This document shows, piece by piece, positions 25,966 through 39,370 of a stretch of 64,000 bases of DNA. Every line of letters starts with the position of its first letter. The stretch's first letter is position 1. The notes under the pieces are model-generated. The model saw only the letters and a program-made list of their open reading frames with translations. It ran no database searches and was not told the DNA's origin. Source of the DNA: Callorhinchus milii (taxonomy: Eukaryota). The position numbers were made by a program, and so were the translations under genes. The DNA lies in the NCBI RefSeq assembly GCF_018977255.1, contig NW_024704742.1, forward strand, positions 108,688,001 through 108,752,000, given 5' to 3'.

Positions 25966-28900
25966 TACAGCACTCCCCCAAAATGGTTACTTCAGAGTTC
26001 AAGAACTTCTGCCTCTTGCCTCCTGCCCTCACTTTCCATTAATAAACCTTTGTTCTCCACTCTCCAGAGACAACACTATTTTGTTGGCGATTACATTAAC
26101 TGATTTGAATGCCCACTACTGGGGAGGACATATCTCCAACCAAAGAAAGCAGTGGATGATTATCATGTTAAATTTATGCAATGCCAAAGAGAGAATTACC
26201 ATGTGGTTGGGAGAGGGGCATGAGGGGACTGTAGATAGATTTGGGGGAGCTGAGCTCCTCTATCCCTTGCCACCTGTGCCCTATGCCTGATATCCACCTA
26301 GCATGTGCTAAAGCTTGCACTTGTCAGTTTTCTAATGATTAACTAGTGACACTCCTCCTTGGGAGGGAGGTACATGGGGCTTTGGGGCTGAGTTGGCCTA
26401 AGGTGAAGCACCAGGCAATGGAATATCGAATACAGTTGGTCTTCTGTGCTGGGCTTGGTTCCTTAGCCAGGTCAGTCTGTATATTCCAAGGCATTGTTTG
26501 CTACTGGGCCAGACAGCCTGACTCATTAACAGGACTTGGAGGAACAAGCCAGTTAACAGGGATTCTTCCCACTCAACAACTGTTATCCTTGCAAACCAAA
26601 GCTCTAATGGGTAGAGTGATCCGAGCTGAACAAGCAGCAGAAAGCTTGACAGTGCTTAAAAGCTTGACAGTATCACACCTGAAAACCTTCCTCTTTTCGA
26701 CCGGGCCTACAGTCACCTCCCCTGTCTCTCTGGCTCAGTATCAAGCATCATTACTGTTAAAATTGATTTAATTGATGTTTATGACTGATGGCCAACAATA
26801 GGTTTTCATATCTATAATATCAACATATATAGAAAATTGTAAATGTGCATTTTCTTTCAATTTCATAGCTTTATGGAGTACGTACACCAGACACTATCCC
26901 AAGACTCTTTTCCGCATGAAGGGAACATATAAATGCAAGTTGTTGTTGTTGCAGAATTCACAATGGTAAGCTACACAGGTTTAGATGGTTAAACTCCACC
27001 ACACTCTGCGGTCCCAAGCATTAATTGCTGCTAACTTGTACCTGCTGCTTTCTTGGATTAGATAACCTGAGTGCAACCCTCCGGGGACGGAGTGCATAAT
27101 CCATTCCAGAAAATGAACATTTCCAGACAAATATGGAAATCTATTTGGTTTGGAGACTATTAAATATGGCGTTGAGTTTCTGCTTGTGTCAGGAACCCAG
27201 TTGGTCATAAAAAAATCAGACAATAGAAATTACGTATCCAAATGTAATTGAAATGCAACAAAAATATCCCAAACCCTTAATCTAATAGCAATACTGCACT
27301 TGGATCAATGTGTTGATTTGAAGTGTAAATGTTAGCCAAATGCTCATCCCTAATCTGCTCCCTGAAGTTCTGTGAACATGTCAGTGAATAGTTTATTTAG
27401 TAAGTGACTTCAGGTCTACTGGTTGACCTCTACATTTGGTTATAACTAATTACATTTAGAATTCTAGCTCAGGGTTTGATATAGTATGATTTATCTGTCT
27501 TCCAAATTGAGGCTGGATTTGCATATCAAACACACATATCTGTAACTTCATCAATTCCCTTCTGTGCTTTGAAGTAATGGTCAAAATCCATATCAGTAGC
27601 TAAAATAAAATATTTTGAATATGATCCTTCAATATCTATAGTTCCACCCCAAACATGTCTCGTCCAGATGCTGGCTGACCTTCTGTGGATTTCCAGCATT
27701 ATCTGGCTTTACTGTTAAAGCTCTGGCGTTCACTGTTTTATTTGTATCTCAGTGCTGTGCATTTTTCTGAATCGAAAATAATCTAAATTCATGCTTTTAT
27801 TTCCTTATGTCTAGGAACAACCTTATATAATTTAATTCAACTTAATCCCGAAAGTGGAGCTCCTAATGCAGACTACTTACGTAACTAGTTATGCAAAATT
27901 GGCTGCCACATTTCATCCACAAAATAGACTAAAAATTCACTTTACAGTATATTCTGTGAAGCGCTTTGAGATGTCTTATTATTAACTATCTGGGTTGTCT
28001 AGTATACACAGTCCATAGAGCTATGAAATTTAAAGAAAATGGAACATTTACAATTTTCCATATATATATTAACATTATAGATGTGAAAACATATTGATGG
28101 CCTTCAGTCATAAATATCAATTAAATATTTTTTAAGAAATCATAAAACAAGGAAATAGAATCACAATTAAGCAGTTGGCAGAGGCAGAAGGATTGAAAAC
28201 GGAATATTTGAGGTGAATGGAATAATCCAAAATAAGCCAATACAGTTGTTATTGTGCAGAATGTCTATTTTTACCTCCCTTTTCAGCACTGACTAACTTG
28301 TTTTTCATCTGCATCCCTTTATTACAAGTGATCTGCGGTTGCCATGGAGACTACTTCCATGATCCGGATCAAATCCTGGGAGGAACTCAATTTAATTGAA
28401 AACCCAGTAACACCCATTTTCTTCCCTGATCGGTGCAAACTTCATTAACACCCTGGTCAGAATTTCTGAGGTATGAGTCGTCAAATCTGCTGATTGATCA
28501 CAATTCATATCTGCTGAATTATCTTTAATGTCACAAACAGTAACATGTGTTTGCCTTTTTGGTATGTAAGCTAAATAGACTCTGCCTTCCATCTTACTGT
28601 ACTATTAACTTCAACCTTATATTGCTTGTAATTCCTATTTAATACTTCATACCCTGTTAATCCTCAAAGTGCTGGGCAGACTATTTCTCACAGTAAAGAT
28701 TTGCAAATTTTGTTTATTTAGGTAGTGTTATTTTGAAAATATATATTTACACTTGTTGGAAACAATATAAACGCAGACTGCAAAATGTGGGCTGAATAAA
28801 GCTTGAGACAATAATAAGTTCTGCCAACAACACCAAGCATAATTTGCAATTATTTTTCCATTTATTTTTTTGCCTCATTTTCTGCCAACGCATGGTTTTT

Positions 28901-29209
28901 AAATCTTTTATGATTTTTTGAGGTTTACAAAAGGTAATAAAATAAATAAAGGAGACAAATAATATAGCCTAGGGCTAGGGTGAGCAAGTAAATCAAATGT
29001 TCACAGGTATTTAGAAGTTTGAATGTTTTTTTAAGAACTGAATACACTTATAGTTTATTGGGAGCTCAATATTTCAGCTACAAAAACAAATAAGATATGA
29101 TCTTTGATACATGTGATAATTATCAAATCACGTTTTGCACTTTTCACCTATGTTAGCTGCTGTGTGGAGGAGATATACAGTACCATTAGAGATACTGCAT
29201 TTTACAGGT

Positions 29210-30330
29210 ATCAGTCTGGCTCAGTTGGCAGCTCTTACTTTCGAAGCAGAAGGTTGAGGGTTCAAGCCCCACATCAAGTTTTTTAGCCGGTGATCTAACG
29301 CTCACATGATGCAACAACAATAAATTACATTTGTACAGTACCTTCACATCAGGAGAACGTCCCAAAGTGCTGGACAGTCAGGGATCCGCACCCAAGCTGG
29401 TGGTTGGGATCAGGATGGGTGGGGAGCGGGGAGGGTAGGGGTTGGAGCATTACTGAAGGCACGGTTGAAGAGGAGGGTCTTGAGACAGGACTTGAAGGAA
29501 GCAATGGAAGGGACGAGGCAGAAGAACTGTGGGATGGCATTCCAGAGGGTGGGGGCAGAAAGGCTGATGGTGGAACGGGCAAGGTGGGGGATGTGAAGCA
29601 ACCCGGAGCCCGCTGAGCGGAGGGAGCAGACAGGTTGGTAGGGTGTTAGGAGATCACAGAGGTAGAGAGGAGCAAGGCCATGGAGGGCTTTGAAGGTGAG
29701 GACCAGGATCTTGAACTGTATCCTCTGAGTGATGGGAAGCCAAGGGAGCCGGGCAGGATGGGGGTTATAGGAGTCCTGTAGCTCGGTGGTTAGAGCACTC
29801 GCTTTGCAAGCGAGAGACAAGCGAAGGGCTGACAAGCAGGGAGTTTGCATGGTCGAGTCTGGATGTAATGAATGTGTGGATGAGGGTCTCAACGGCCTGC
29901 TGAGAGAGACAATGGTGGAGGTGGGCAATGTTGTGGAGGTGGGGAAAGGCAGAGCGGGTCATGACATGGATGGGGTCGATGAGGGTCGAACAGGATGCCA
30001 AGGTTCTGTATTGGCTCCATGAGGTGCTGGGTGTATGCGGCTTTATTCTTTGGTTGAGAGTCAAAGTCCCATCTGCCTATTCAAGTATGTGAATGATCCC
30101 ATGGCACTATTCATAAAAGGAGTGAGTTTCTCCTTGTGTCCTGCTAAATGATGCGCAAAGTCTCATGATTCACATCATTGTTGTTTGTGGGACACTGTTG
30201 TGTGTAAATTGGCTGCCGTGTTTGCCCACGAAACACAGAGACACTCCACTCCACAATAAATCTTGAGAAGCACTTTGAGATGTTTTACTGATATGATAGT
30301 TGCTATATCACATGCAAGGATTATTATTAA
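29210..30330 (+). mobile_element. Deu-domain SINE split by an L2 (pieces ~29210-29311 and ~30020-30330)
   Basis: Head at 29210. Deu-like gatcccatggcactattc and the tail resume after the L2. Confidence 0.7.
29312..30010 (-). mobile_element. L2 3' fragment containing an isolated SINE head at ~29770-29818
   Basis: Minus-strand LPWLPITQRIQFKILVLTFKALHGLAP and FITSRLDHANSLL, with a (CAA)n tail. Confidence 0.88.
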
Positions 30331-30604
30331 TTATTATTTTTCACCAGTGAGAGTTGCCCTTTTCATTTTCCTTCTGGCAGTGTATTCCAGGAAGTATCAT
30401 ATCATCAAATACCAATCCTATGTTCTGGAGCTGCACTCCCAAAAATATTCTGAAATATATATCCTACAATTTTTTTTCACTCAAATAAAACACATGTCCT
30501 AATTAAGAATTAAGCTTTGGGTTTCCAGCTGGAAAGTACAGAAGTTTCCAGGCAGTAGATTTAAAAAAACAAAAAATCGCAATAGATAATAAACAATATT
30601 ATTG

Positions 30605-31275
30605 TCTTGTTTGACCCTCAATAGTCCTTTCTAACTCACATTTGTGCCATGACCCACTCTTCCTTCCCCCACCTCAGTAACATCACCCGGCTTCACCACT
30701 GTCGCACCCCTCAGACGCCGAAACCTTCATCCACGCATTCACTACATCTAGGCTCGACTATGCCAATACCCTGCTTGTCAGCCTTCCCAGCTCTTCCCTC
30801 TACAAGCTGCAGATCATCAAGAACTCTGCAACTTGTGTCCACTCCTGGGCCAGGCTCCATGACCCCATCACCCCCACCCTCACCCAACTCCACTGGCTCC
30901 CCATCCCCCAGAGGATAGAGTTCAAAATCCTCGTCCTAGTCTTCAAGGCCCTCCAAGGCCTTGCTCCTTCTTACCTCTGTGACTTGCTGACCCCAAATCA
31001 ACCTGTCCACTCCCTCCGCTCAGCAGGCTGTGGCCTGCTCCACGTCCCCCATCTGGTCTGACCCACCATCGGCAGTTGGATCTTCAGCCTTTCTTCTCCC
31101 ACTTTTTGGAACTCCGTCCAACATTCGTTTCCCCTCACTCTCTCCCTTACTTCCTTCACCACCTTCTTACCCTCCCCAATCCTGACCCCCACTCGGGTCC
31201 AAATCCTTGACTGTCCAGCACCTTGGGACAGCCTCACGACATGAAAGACACTATATAAATGTAATTTTGTATTGT
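30605..31275 (+). mobile_element. L2 3' fragment
   Basis: Collinear with 9810-10580, frameshifted, with tail motif tatataaatgtaa. Confidence 0.88.
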
Positions 31276-32217
31276 ATTGTAATATGAATAATAGAGTTTA
31301 ATATGAGTCGGGGTCTAACAGGAATACTTAATATAGATATGAGTGTGTCTTCTCAAAGTATTCAATTCACTTTACACTATATTCTGTGAACTGCTTTGAG
31401 ATGTTTCGTAGATGCGATAAGGTACTTTATCAAATGCAAGGATTATTATTATTATAACTGAAAGCACACCACACATTTTAAGCTTATGTAATAGGAGCAG
31501 TTTTTATGAAAGAATCTCGGTATACAATCAATTCACTTCACAATATAATCTGTAAAGCTCTTTGACACATCTCAAAGAAATGATAAAACGTGATAAGATC
31601 AAGAATTAATATTATTATTGGTAGAAATCATCATATATTAAACCCCAGTGTTTACCACAATTCCAAATAGACACTGAGATTATTCCTTTTAGCCATTTCT
31701 TCTTTTCTAAGTCCCGATCTTTTTGCTCCATGACCTTTAATTTGATGCTTCACAGTTTCACTGATTGCGCCTTGGATCAGTTAAAGGCACTAACTCATGA
31801 TACTTGAATTGACCTATTTACACTACATGATGGTTCAGGGATGAAAGCATGTTCTGCTGTGTGCTTCATCTTCTTCTGAACCATCTGATCTCCAACTATT
31901 GGGAATTATCTTGAATCAGGCCTCTTTATTATTATATTGATCTCAAAGAAATAACATAAACAAAAGTACAAAAATGTTTGTTGTGGTGTATTACAATTAC
32001 ATTTGTATAGGCCTTTCACTTCGGGATGTTTATGTGGATGTTGAGTATTCAATGATACAGTATTGGGAAAGAGAAAGGAGTTTCTCCTGCTTTCATGCTA
32101 CAATACTTCCAGATAAGTTGGCCATTCACATCATGGCTGTTTACGGGATCTTGCTGTATACATAATATTGCCACATTTGCCAATAGAAAGAGTCACCAAC
32201 TTGATAGTTACTGTAAT

Positions 32218-32405
32218 GCACCAGGCTCCGTGACCCTATCATCCCCATCCTTGGCCGACTCCACTGGCTTCCCATCACACAGAGGATACAGTTCAAGATC
32301 TTGGTCCTCACTTTCAAAGCCCTCCATAGTCTTGCTCCCCCCTACCTCTGCGACCTCCTTACTCCCTACTAACCTGACCACTCCCTCCGCTCAGCAGGCT
32401 CCAGC
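32218..32405 (+). mobile_element. Short L2 ORF2 fragment
   Basis: ctccactggcttcccatc...gttcaagatcttggtcctcac matches the L2 LHWLPI...FKIL region. Confidence 0.8.
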
Positions 32406-35394
32406 ATGTGAATAATGAAACTTGTGACTTTATTTCCTTAATGTGTAGGGAAAGTTCATATAAGCCAGCAATGCAAAAAGTACCAGCATTTGATGGTGTC
32501 TGGCAGAAGGAGACCGCCTCAGCATGCGGTGACGTGTTATACTTCAGCCCTTTAGGGCTGCCATTAGCTGAAGGGCTGAAGCATAGCATATAAGACTTTG
32601 CACGTCATGTGCAAAGTGATTTCATCGACATGAAACTGGCCACTTCCTTCACTCAGCGAATACTGATCTGCTTCTTGTCCCCTTCCCTATCCATGTCATC
32701 AGCAGTAGACAGGCTTCCTACCATTCTGCTCCTGCCACCCACCCCCCTCACCCCACTCTCTGCAACTGTTCCCTAACTCGCTCCAACCTGCCCCTTGTTC
32801 ATGGTATGTCTCAATAGATTGCCAATAAAGCTACCTCTCTGATAGTGCTTTTGGTCAACTTTCCCCTCCCTCACCCCAGTTTGGGTAGCTATTCAGCATT
32901 GTTAATCACTTTGAGATATGTGCAAGGTGCAAGGTGCTATATAAATGTAAAATGTAAACCATGATATGCTGTTTTATATATCCCATAGCCTACGTGTCGA
33001 CACCACTCAGCATGTGCACGTTCCACTGTGTGATCAAGTGAACCATGACACTACACATATGCACTCCTTGCACCATGCATTATGTATTGCTGCTTAGTGT
33101 CACGTCATTTCCAGCTACATCATTTCCAGCTAACTTATTCATATTGAATTTTACATTAATTACAAGTTTGAAATTCTCTTGTCTTATCCTGTGAGACTAT
33201 TTTGTCTTAAAGATTGCACAGAATTGTGGAAAATTCTGAAATTCAATCTTAATTTGGAAGCTTTTTTTTAAGAACTGCGGAAACCCGGTCCTGATTAAGA
33301 TTAAAACTAGGTGGCATTTCAGACTCATAAGATTCAGAGATATTAAACACCTCCCACCCTTCAGAACTCCATTCAACATTCCCTTTGCCTCAGTCCCCCC
33401 TTGCCTCCTTCAAGGCAAGTCTCAAGATCCTCCTCTTCGACTGTGCCTTTATTGTATCATTGAATCCTCAACATCCACATGAAGAGCAGGCAGATGGGAC
33501 CTTACTTTAATGTCTTATTCTAATTGCCATCTCTGACAATGCATTACTGGATTGGAGTGAAAAACCTAGGGTCTGAGTTCATGATCTAACCAGAGGCGAG
33601 GATGCTACCAACTGGGCCAAGCTGACCCACAAGATGTGTTGTAGTCCATGAAGATAATAATAATGATCATCCTTGCATTTGATTTAATGCATTATACACG
33701 TCTCAAAGCACTTCACAGTGCTTCAATGATTACTGTAAAGTGAATTGACTGTGTTTGATCAAACAAATATTGCATGAACATGGCATTTCAAATGTATATT
33801 GCAACATTCATGAAATTCCAAATGCAGTATTACGCTTCAGCAAGTGACCATTACCTCAGCCACTCTCTAAATTTGTTTTCAACTATTGGAGGGATCAGTG
33901 AAGGAGGAGAGCAATCCAGATCTCATGACAGAAATGCACCCTTGACACAACTAGGAAAACAAAGTTCAGGTTATTTATTAACAGCAGGCAGCAATAATCC
34001 AATTTCACTGGCTCTTTATCCTCAATGACCATGTATCTTTTACCATTCATATTTGTGGTCAATACCTTTATGCTGCTGCACTTGCTTGAGTGTAATAATC
34101 CTTGCGTTTGATAGTGTAATGGTTTGCATTGAGGTTGATCTTCAGCCATTCATTCAGTCAATGTACCAGGAAGGGTTCTTCTTTCCTGCTCATGATGTCT
34201 CTTCTGTGCACTTTCCTCAGCCCTGGCTGATTGAGCCAGAGATCGCAGTAAACAACTGCAGACAGGTTGCTAGGATAAAAGATTAAAGTTTCTCCCCCAA
34301 CTGCTTCCTGTTTGCACACAGTGAATAAAAAATGAATCCAGTCCACACAATGCACTTATACTCAATTGCACTCACTGTGTGAGTGCATATTTGCATACAT
34401 TTTACCTAGATACTAATAGGCTGAGTTTTGTGTTTGTCAGGAGACTAAATTGAAAATGTATCATGAAAAGGTAAGACAGCAATGCAATGTCCGGAAACAA
34501 CTGAAGAGTATTAGCTAGTCAGAGAATCATGAGTAAGATTCAATGTTTGTTCTGCATTAGCATCGCATAATAAAACTAATCTGCAGTATCTTAGTTTACC
34601 TTTAACAGGGTCATTATGTTTTGTGCTTTATTGCAGCTTTCCTTACTTTTAGCCCAGGTTATAAAGATCTCAATCCTGATGTTAAAATTCTTAACTACTG
34701 TATTTTGATATAAAGCAGCCACACATCCAAATTCATTGTTGTACATGATCAATAATTTTAACTGAAACGTAAAGGATTTGCAAGAACTTGACAAATGTAT
34801 AGAAAATGTGAAAACTGATCAGGATATTAATACAGTATATGCAGAATGATACTAACCTAGTATATAAGTGATGCTAATACATGCCACTGACTCTTAACAC
34901 CATCAGGGCTCAATTACATAAAAAATAATGGACAAAATGTTACAGAAAGAGAGATATTGTATTATCTGTTCTTCAGGGAGGAGAAATTGTCAGCCGGTAA
35001 ATGGGAATAAGCAAACCTGTTGAGTAACTGGGTAGATTATGCTACAACCACCAATAGGGAAAGAAATGTGGTTGTTATAAAACAGTGCTGTAATAAATAG
35101 CAATCAGATGCACTGATCAGCTTTTTCTCCTGTAATGCGCAAACTGCTGGTGCTTCACACGTGTGCATATATGTACAAAACTAGCTTCATAAAGCATCTG
35201 TATTTTCATTGCCTGCAATCATACAGCCAGACCATTGTACATCACTCCAAGAGTTTCCATATTACCAACAACATATCACACCTACATCAGGGTTCAGGAT
35301 GCCAAATATCATTATTACACCGCATTAATCAAAATTGTATACAGTTGACTTTGCCCAGGAAGTTTTGAGAGAACTGTAACAATGGTGGTGCACA

Positions 35395-35660
35395 CAGGTG
35401 GTCCAACTGACAGCCCGTAGGCCACATCCGGCCCAGGGGATGATTCCATCTAGCCTGCAAACTATTTTCAACTTCATTGTCCAACAAACAAATACAGGTG
35501 ACATACTGGCCCCGAGTCAATTAGAAGATAGTTACCAGGGGCTCAGGCTCTGCTCAGCAATGGGATGAAATAATCAAGATAAAATATTGCTTATGGGGCC
35601 TACTGATGTTTCTCAAATCTAGGATCTGGCCCTCAATAGCCAAAAGATTGGACCACCCTG
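35395..35660. mobile_element. Non-autonomous hAT-like DNA transposon (MITE)
   Basis: Terminal inverted repeats caggtggtccaa / ttggaccaccctg and internal ggcc-rich subterminal motifs. No clean 8-bp TSD remains. Confidence 0.7.
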
Positions 35661-36371
35661 CTGTAAGACACAGCAGTCACCATACACAGACCACTGCCCA
35701 TTCACAGAGCACTACCCATTAAGAGTATGGCAAGTTGCCCAGCCTTGGATAGGCATTGCTCCACTTGAGTTTCAGAGACAAGATGCATCAAGCAGTTCCA
35801 CCAGAATGGTCACCACATTCACCTGGACAGTGGTAGGTTTAGAACATTGTTTACAGATTAATCTTCAATCTTAGTTCTTCTTCAAGTAGCAAAATAGAAA
35901 TTATAAGAAAATAGCTCCTTTCCAGTATATTAACATCTGCTGTATTGATCCCTGTATTTGGCAAAGGCAAGTTAAAGTCCAGGGTACAACTCATCACACA
36001 TATCACCAGTGATCTAGAAGAGAAGGAGAATAAATGTTTAATGAGGTTAGCTAAGCCTCTCAACCATTACAACTTGTCATCAACGTCTTCAAGATAGCAA
36101 TAATCCATATTTTTTATAGAGCCTCAGCACGTCATCAATATGCCTCAAAGTGCTTCACAGGATTTATAATAGAATGTAGAATGACTATGTTTTCCATGAG
36201 GAAACATGGCAGTAATGCACAACAATGTTCCACAAACTGCCAAGAATGACCAGTTTTAACTGGGGGATTTGTAGGCCAGAACACTGTCATAAACTAATTC
36301 AACCATGATTCTTAGCACAGAGACAGCCTGGCGATCTGGTGTACATTGTTAACTTTGGTACGGTGATTTGG

Positions 36372-36594
36372 AAATAATAATAATCCTTGCATTTGATATA
36401 GCGTCTTATTTGAAGAATTATTGCCCCCAGAAAAACAATCCGCCAATCGACTAACAACCGGGTTCCTAATTACTGCGAGGTAAACAGGCATGTGCAGTAA
36501 GGAAACTTGCCTAACGTTTCGCCCTGCCGGGAATCAAACCCAGGTCTTTTGCTTGTGAGGCAAGTGTTTTAACCACTGAGCTACAGAACTCCAC
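36372..36594 (-). mobile_element. tRNA-Ala/CORE-like SINE, long form, internally deleted
   Basis: Tail joined directly to the CORE-like part and head. Confidence 0.82.
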
Positions 36595-37555
36595 ATTAAT
36601 AGTAATGTAATAAAGACACTCAAATACCAAACATAGTTTTATTATTCTAATATAACTTGGTCATTCCTTTATAATGCATAGAAAACCCAAATTTTTTAGT
36701 AAAACATTAATTATCCTCTTTTCCTTTGTGTTTCTCTTATTTCCTACTATTTCGGTCCCATTTCTACTTTAACTGCATGTTAACTATTCCTTGTCTTTTT
36801 CACTAGTGCCACCGGACTTTTAATGTTCACCGAAGCAAACAGATCAATTTCACCTTGTACTTCCCACAATGCAGCTCTATCCCAGCACTATGTTGGAGTG
36901 TCCGCCTACACTATGAACTCAAACTCCTGATGTGGAGCTTGAAGGCACAATCTTCTGACTCAAAGGTGAGAGTGTTGCCAACTGAGCCAGGGTGATACCA
37001 TATTGTTTACTGAATGCACATTTCTCCAGTCACTTCACATTTTTAGCTTTTTAATATTATTTCAGCACACAAAAGAGGGTACCATGGAAGAGATACCAGT
37101 GCACTTGCCATATAGCTGCCATTCCATTGACAAACAACCCAACTTTCAGCTTTCCAGCATCTCTCAGACGTTTGGGGGGGAGGGGGTGTTGCCTGCGTAC
37201 TTGTGATCAAAAGAGTACTTAAAGAGATTTACACGGGCCTATGGCTTCCCCTCTGCAACAACCACAACTCCCAATGCTACCGTAAATGTACATTTCACAC
37301 AAAGGATGCCTGAAGCGTGGAATATGAGGCATACAGACAACCATAAGAAAGAACGACATTTAATAACTTCCAATTAAGCCTTTCTACTGTCACATTGAGA
37401 ATTCTTTAACACCATTAAAAGGTTCCATCTAATTTATGGAGTGAATTTCCACAATCATTGAAAATTTACTCCCCAAATTAAATACTAATGACCTTATATA
37501 TCATATTATAAATTATAATATATTGGATTCCTATAAGCCTAGAAGATGTGCCAGG

Positions 37556-38205
37556 TGTGACAGCCTGGCTCAGTACATCATCAATATGTCTCAAAGTGCT
37601 TCACAGGATTTATAATAGAATGTAGAATAACTGTGTTTTCCATGAGCAAACGTGGCAGTAATGCACAGCAATGTTTCACAAACTGCCAAGAATGACCAGT
37701 TTTAACTGGGGGATTTGTAGGCCAGGATACTTTCAGCAACTAATTCAACCATGATTCTTAGCACAAAGACAGCCTTGGTAGCACTCTTGCCTCTGAGTCA
37801 GAAGGTGTAGATTCAAACCCCATGTCGGGATGTTGAACGGATGTATAATGTAGGCTGACACTTCAATGCAGTGCTAGAATTGTTGGAGGTGCTGCCTTAT
37901 AAATAAAATGTTAAACTGAGATCCCATCTGCCTGTTCAGGTGGATGTTAATGATCCCATGACACCATTTGAAAAGAGGAGTTTTTCCTGATAAGTTGGTC
38001 AACAATCCCCCAACTAAAATTGGTCAATAATTTCACAGAATTAACCAAAGAAGGAAGAGGGAGGAAAGAATGCAAAGTTGTGAGGCATTCTGTGCTCCAA
38101 TTGGCTGCTGGATTCGCCTACAAAATATACAATCATTACTCACTCTATAGTACATCCTGTGAAATGTTTTGAGATGTCATTCCCAACATGAAAGGCACTT
38201 ATTGT
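37556..38205 (+). mobile_element. Deu-domain SINE with a ~210-bp templated insertion in its head
   Basis: gtgacagcctggctcag ... tggtagcactcttgcctctgagtcagaagg, followed by the Deu-like domain and tail. Confidence 0.8.
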
Positions 38206-38799
38206 AACTTCCTCCATGTCATTCACTATTTCATATCTGGGAGCCCGATGTGAGGAAAAGCCCAAACTGCAAATCTAGCAGCTGATTTGAATAAGTAATA
38301 TATGAAAGGATTTGGAGAAAGTGCAGTAAAGTTGGTTTAGAATAGATATATCATGTGGGGTTTTAACATGACAGATGTTGGGCAGAATGACTTCTTTCTA
38401 AGCTGATATCGTTTTTATTCAACCATCTTTGCCAATGTTGTTCATAATCCAGCCACTAGGACCTGTATCAAGATGAATATGGGTAATTTATCTCCCTGAT
38501 TTTTCTAACATCCTTGCATGAATTGGTCACCTTTCATTCACTCACCACTCTTCCCATGGAGCCAGGCACAGATAACAAACTTCTTGTAGGGTGATTCAAA
38601 CCTCTTTTGGATAACCATTGAATTTGGTGAAGTGCCTTATTGCATTGAAAAGTCTCAAAAGTTTTCTCACAAAGATTTTTCTGTGAAATGCAGTGACTGT
38701 GTAATTGTAGGCAAACAGTACAATATGGTTATGCACCAAAACTGAATGAACAGTGGCAAATCAGCAGCAGTAATAAATATTTTTTGTCATGCTTATAAG

Positions 38800-39080
38800 T
38801 TATAATAATAATAATCCTCGCATTTGATATATCATGATGAGATGTCTTATCACATCTTCGAGACATCTCATAGCTCTTCACAGAATATATTGTGAAGTGG
38901 ATTGACTGTGTATTTTGTGGGCGAAACTCAGCAGCCAATTGCGTACAGCAGTGTCCCACAAACAGTCGTGGATTGAATGACCCAATTTTTTTTGTTTGTT
39001 GGAGGGATTATTATCCCCGGAAAGTGATCTGCCAATTGATTAACAACTGGGTTCCTACTTACTGCTGGTAAACAGAGGCA
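38800..39080 (-). mobile_element. tRNA-Ala/CORE-like SINE, long form
   Basis: Tail and body, cut at agaggca by the adjacent younger SINE. Confidence 0.85.
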
Positions 39081-39081
39081 T

Positions 39082-39370
39082 ATAATAATAATAATAATCC
39101 TTGCATTTGATATAGCGCTTTTCACGTCGGGAGGACGTCCCAAAGCGCTTCACAGAATATACTGTAAAGTGAATTGACTGTATATTTGTGGGCGAACGCG
39201 GCAGCCAATTGCGCACAGCAATGTCCCACAAACAGTCGTAGATTGAAAATGACCAATTTATTATTGTTTTGGGTTTTTTGGAGGGATTATTATTAGGCGT
39301 ATGGAGTAAGGAAACTTGCCTAATGTTACCTAAGATTTCGCCCTGACCGGGAAACAAATCCGGGTTCTCT
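39082..39370 (-). mobile_element. Young short-form SINE
   Basis: 3' ~190 nt nearly identical to 45036-45240 and to the reverse complement of 59240-59429. Confidence 0.9.

Noticed and set aside
28287..28470. Exon-like segment with a good acceptor (tttcag) and donor (gag|gtatga)
   Set aside because: Stop codons in all three + frames, so not a coding exon. A non-coding exon cannot be supported without transcript data.
31211..31232. REST/RE1-like sequence CAGCACC-ttg-GGACAG
   Set aside because: Spacer is 3 nt rather than the canonical 2, and it arises from drift in an L2 3'UTR.
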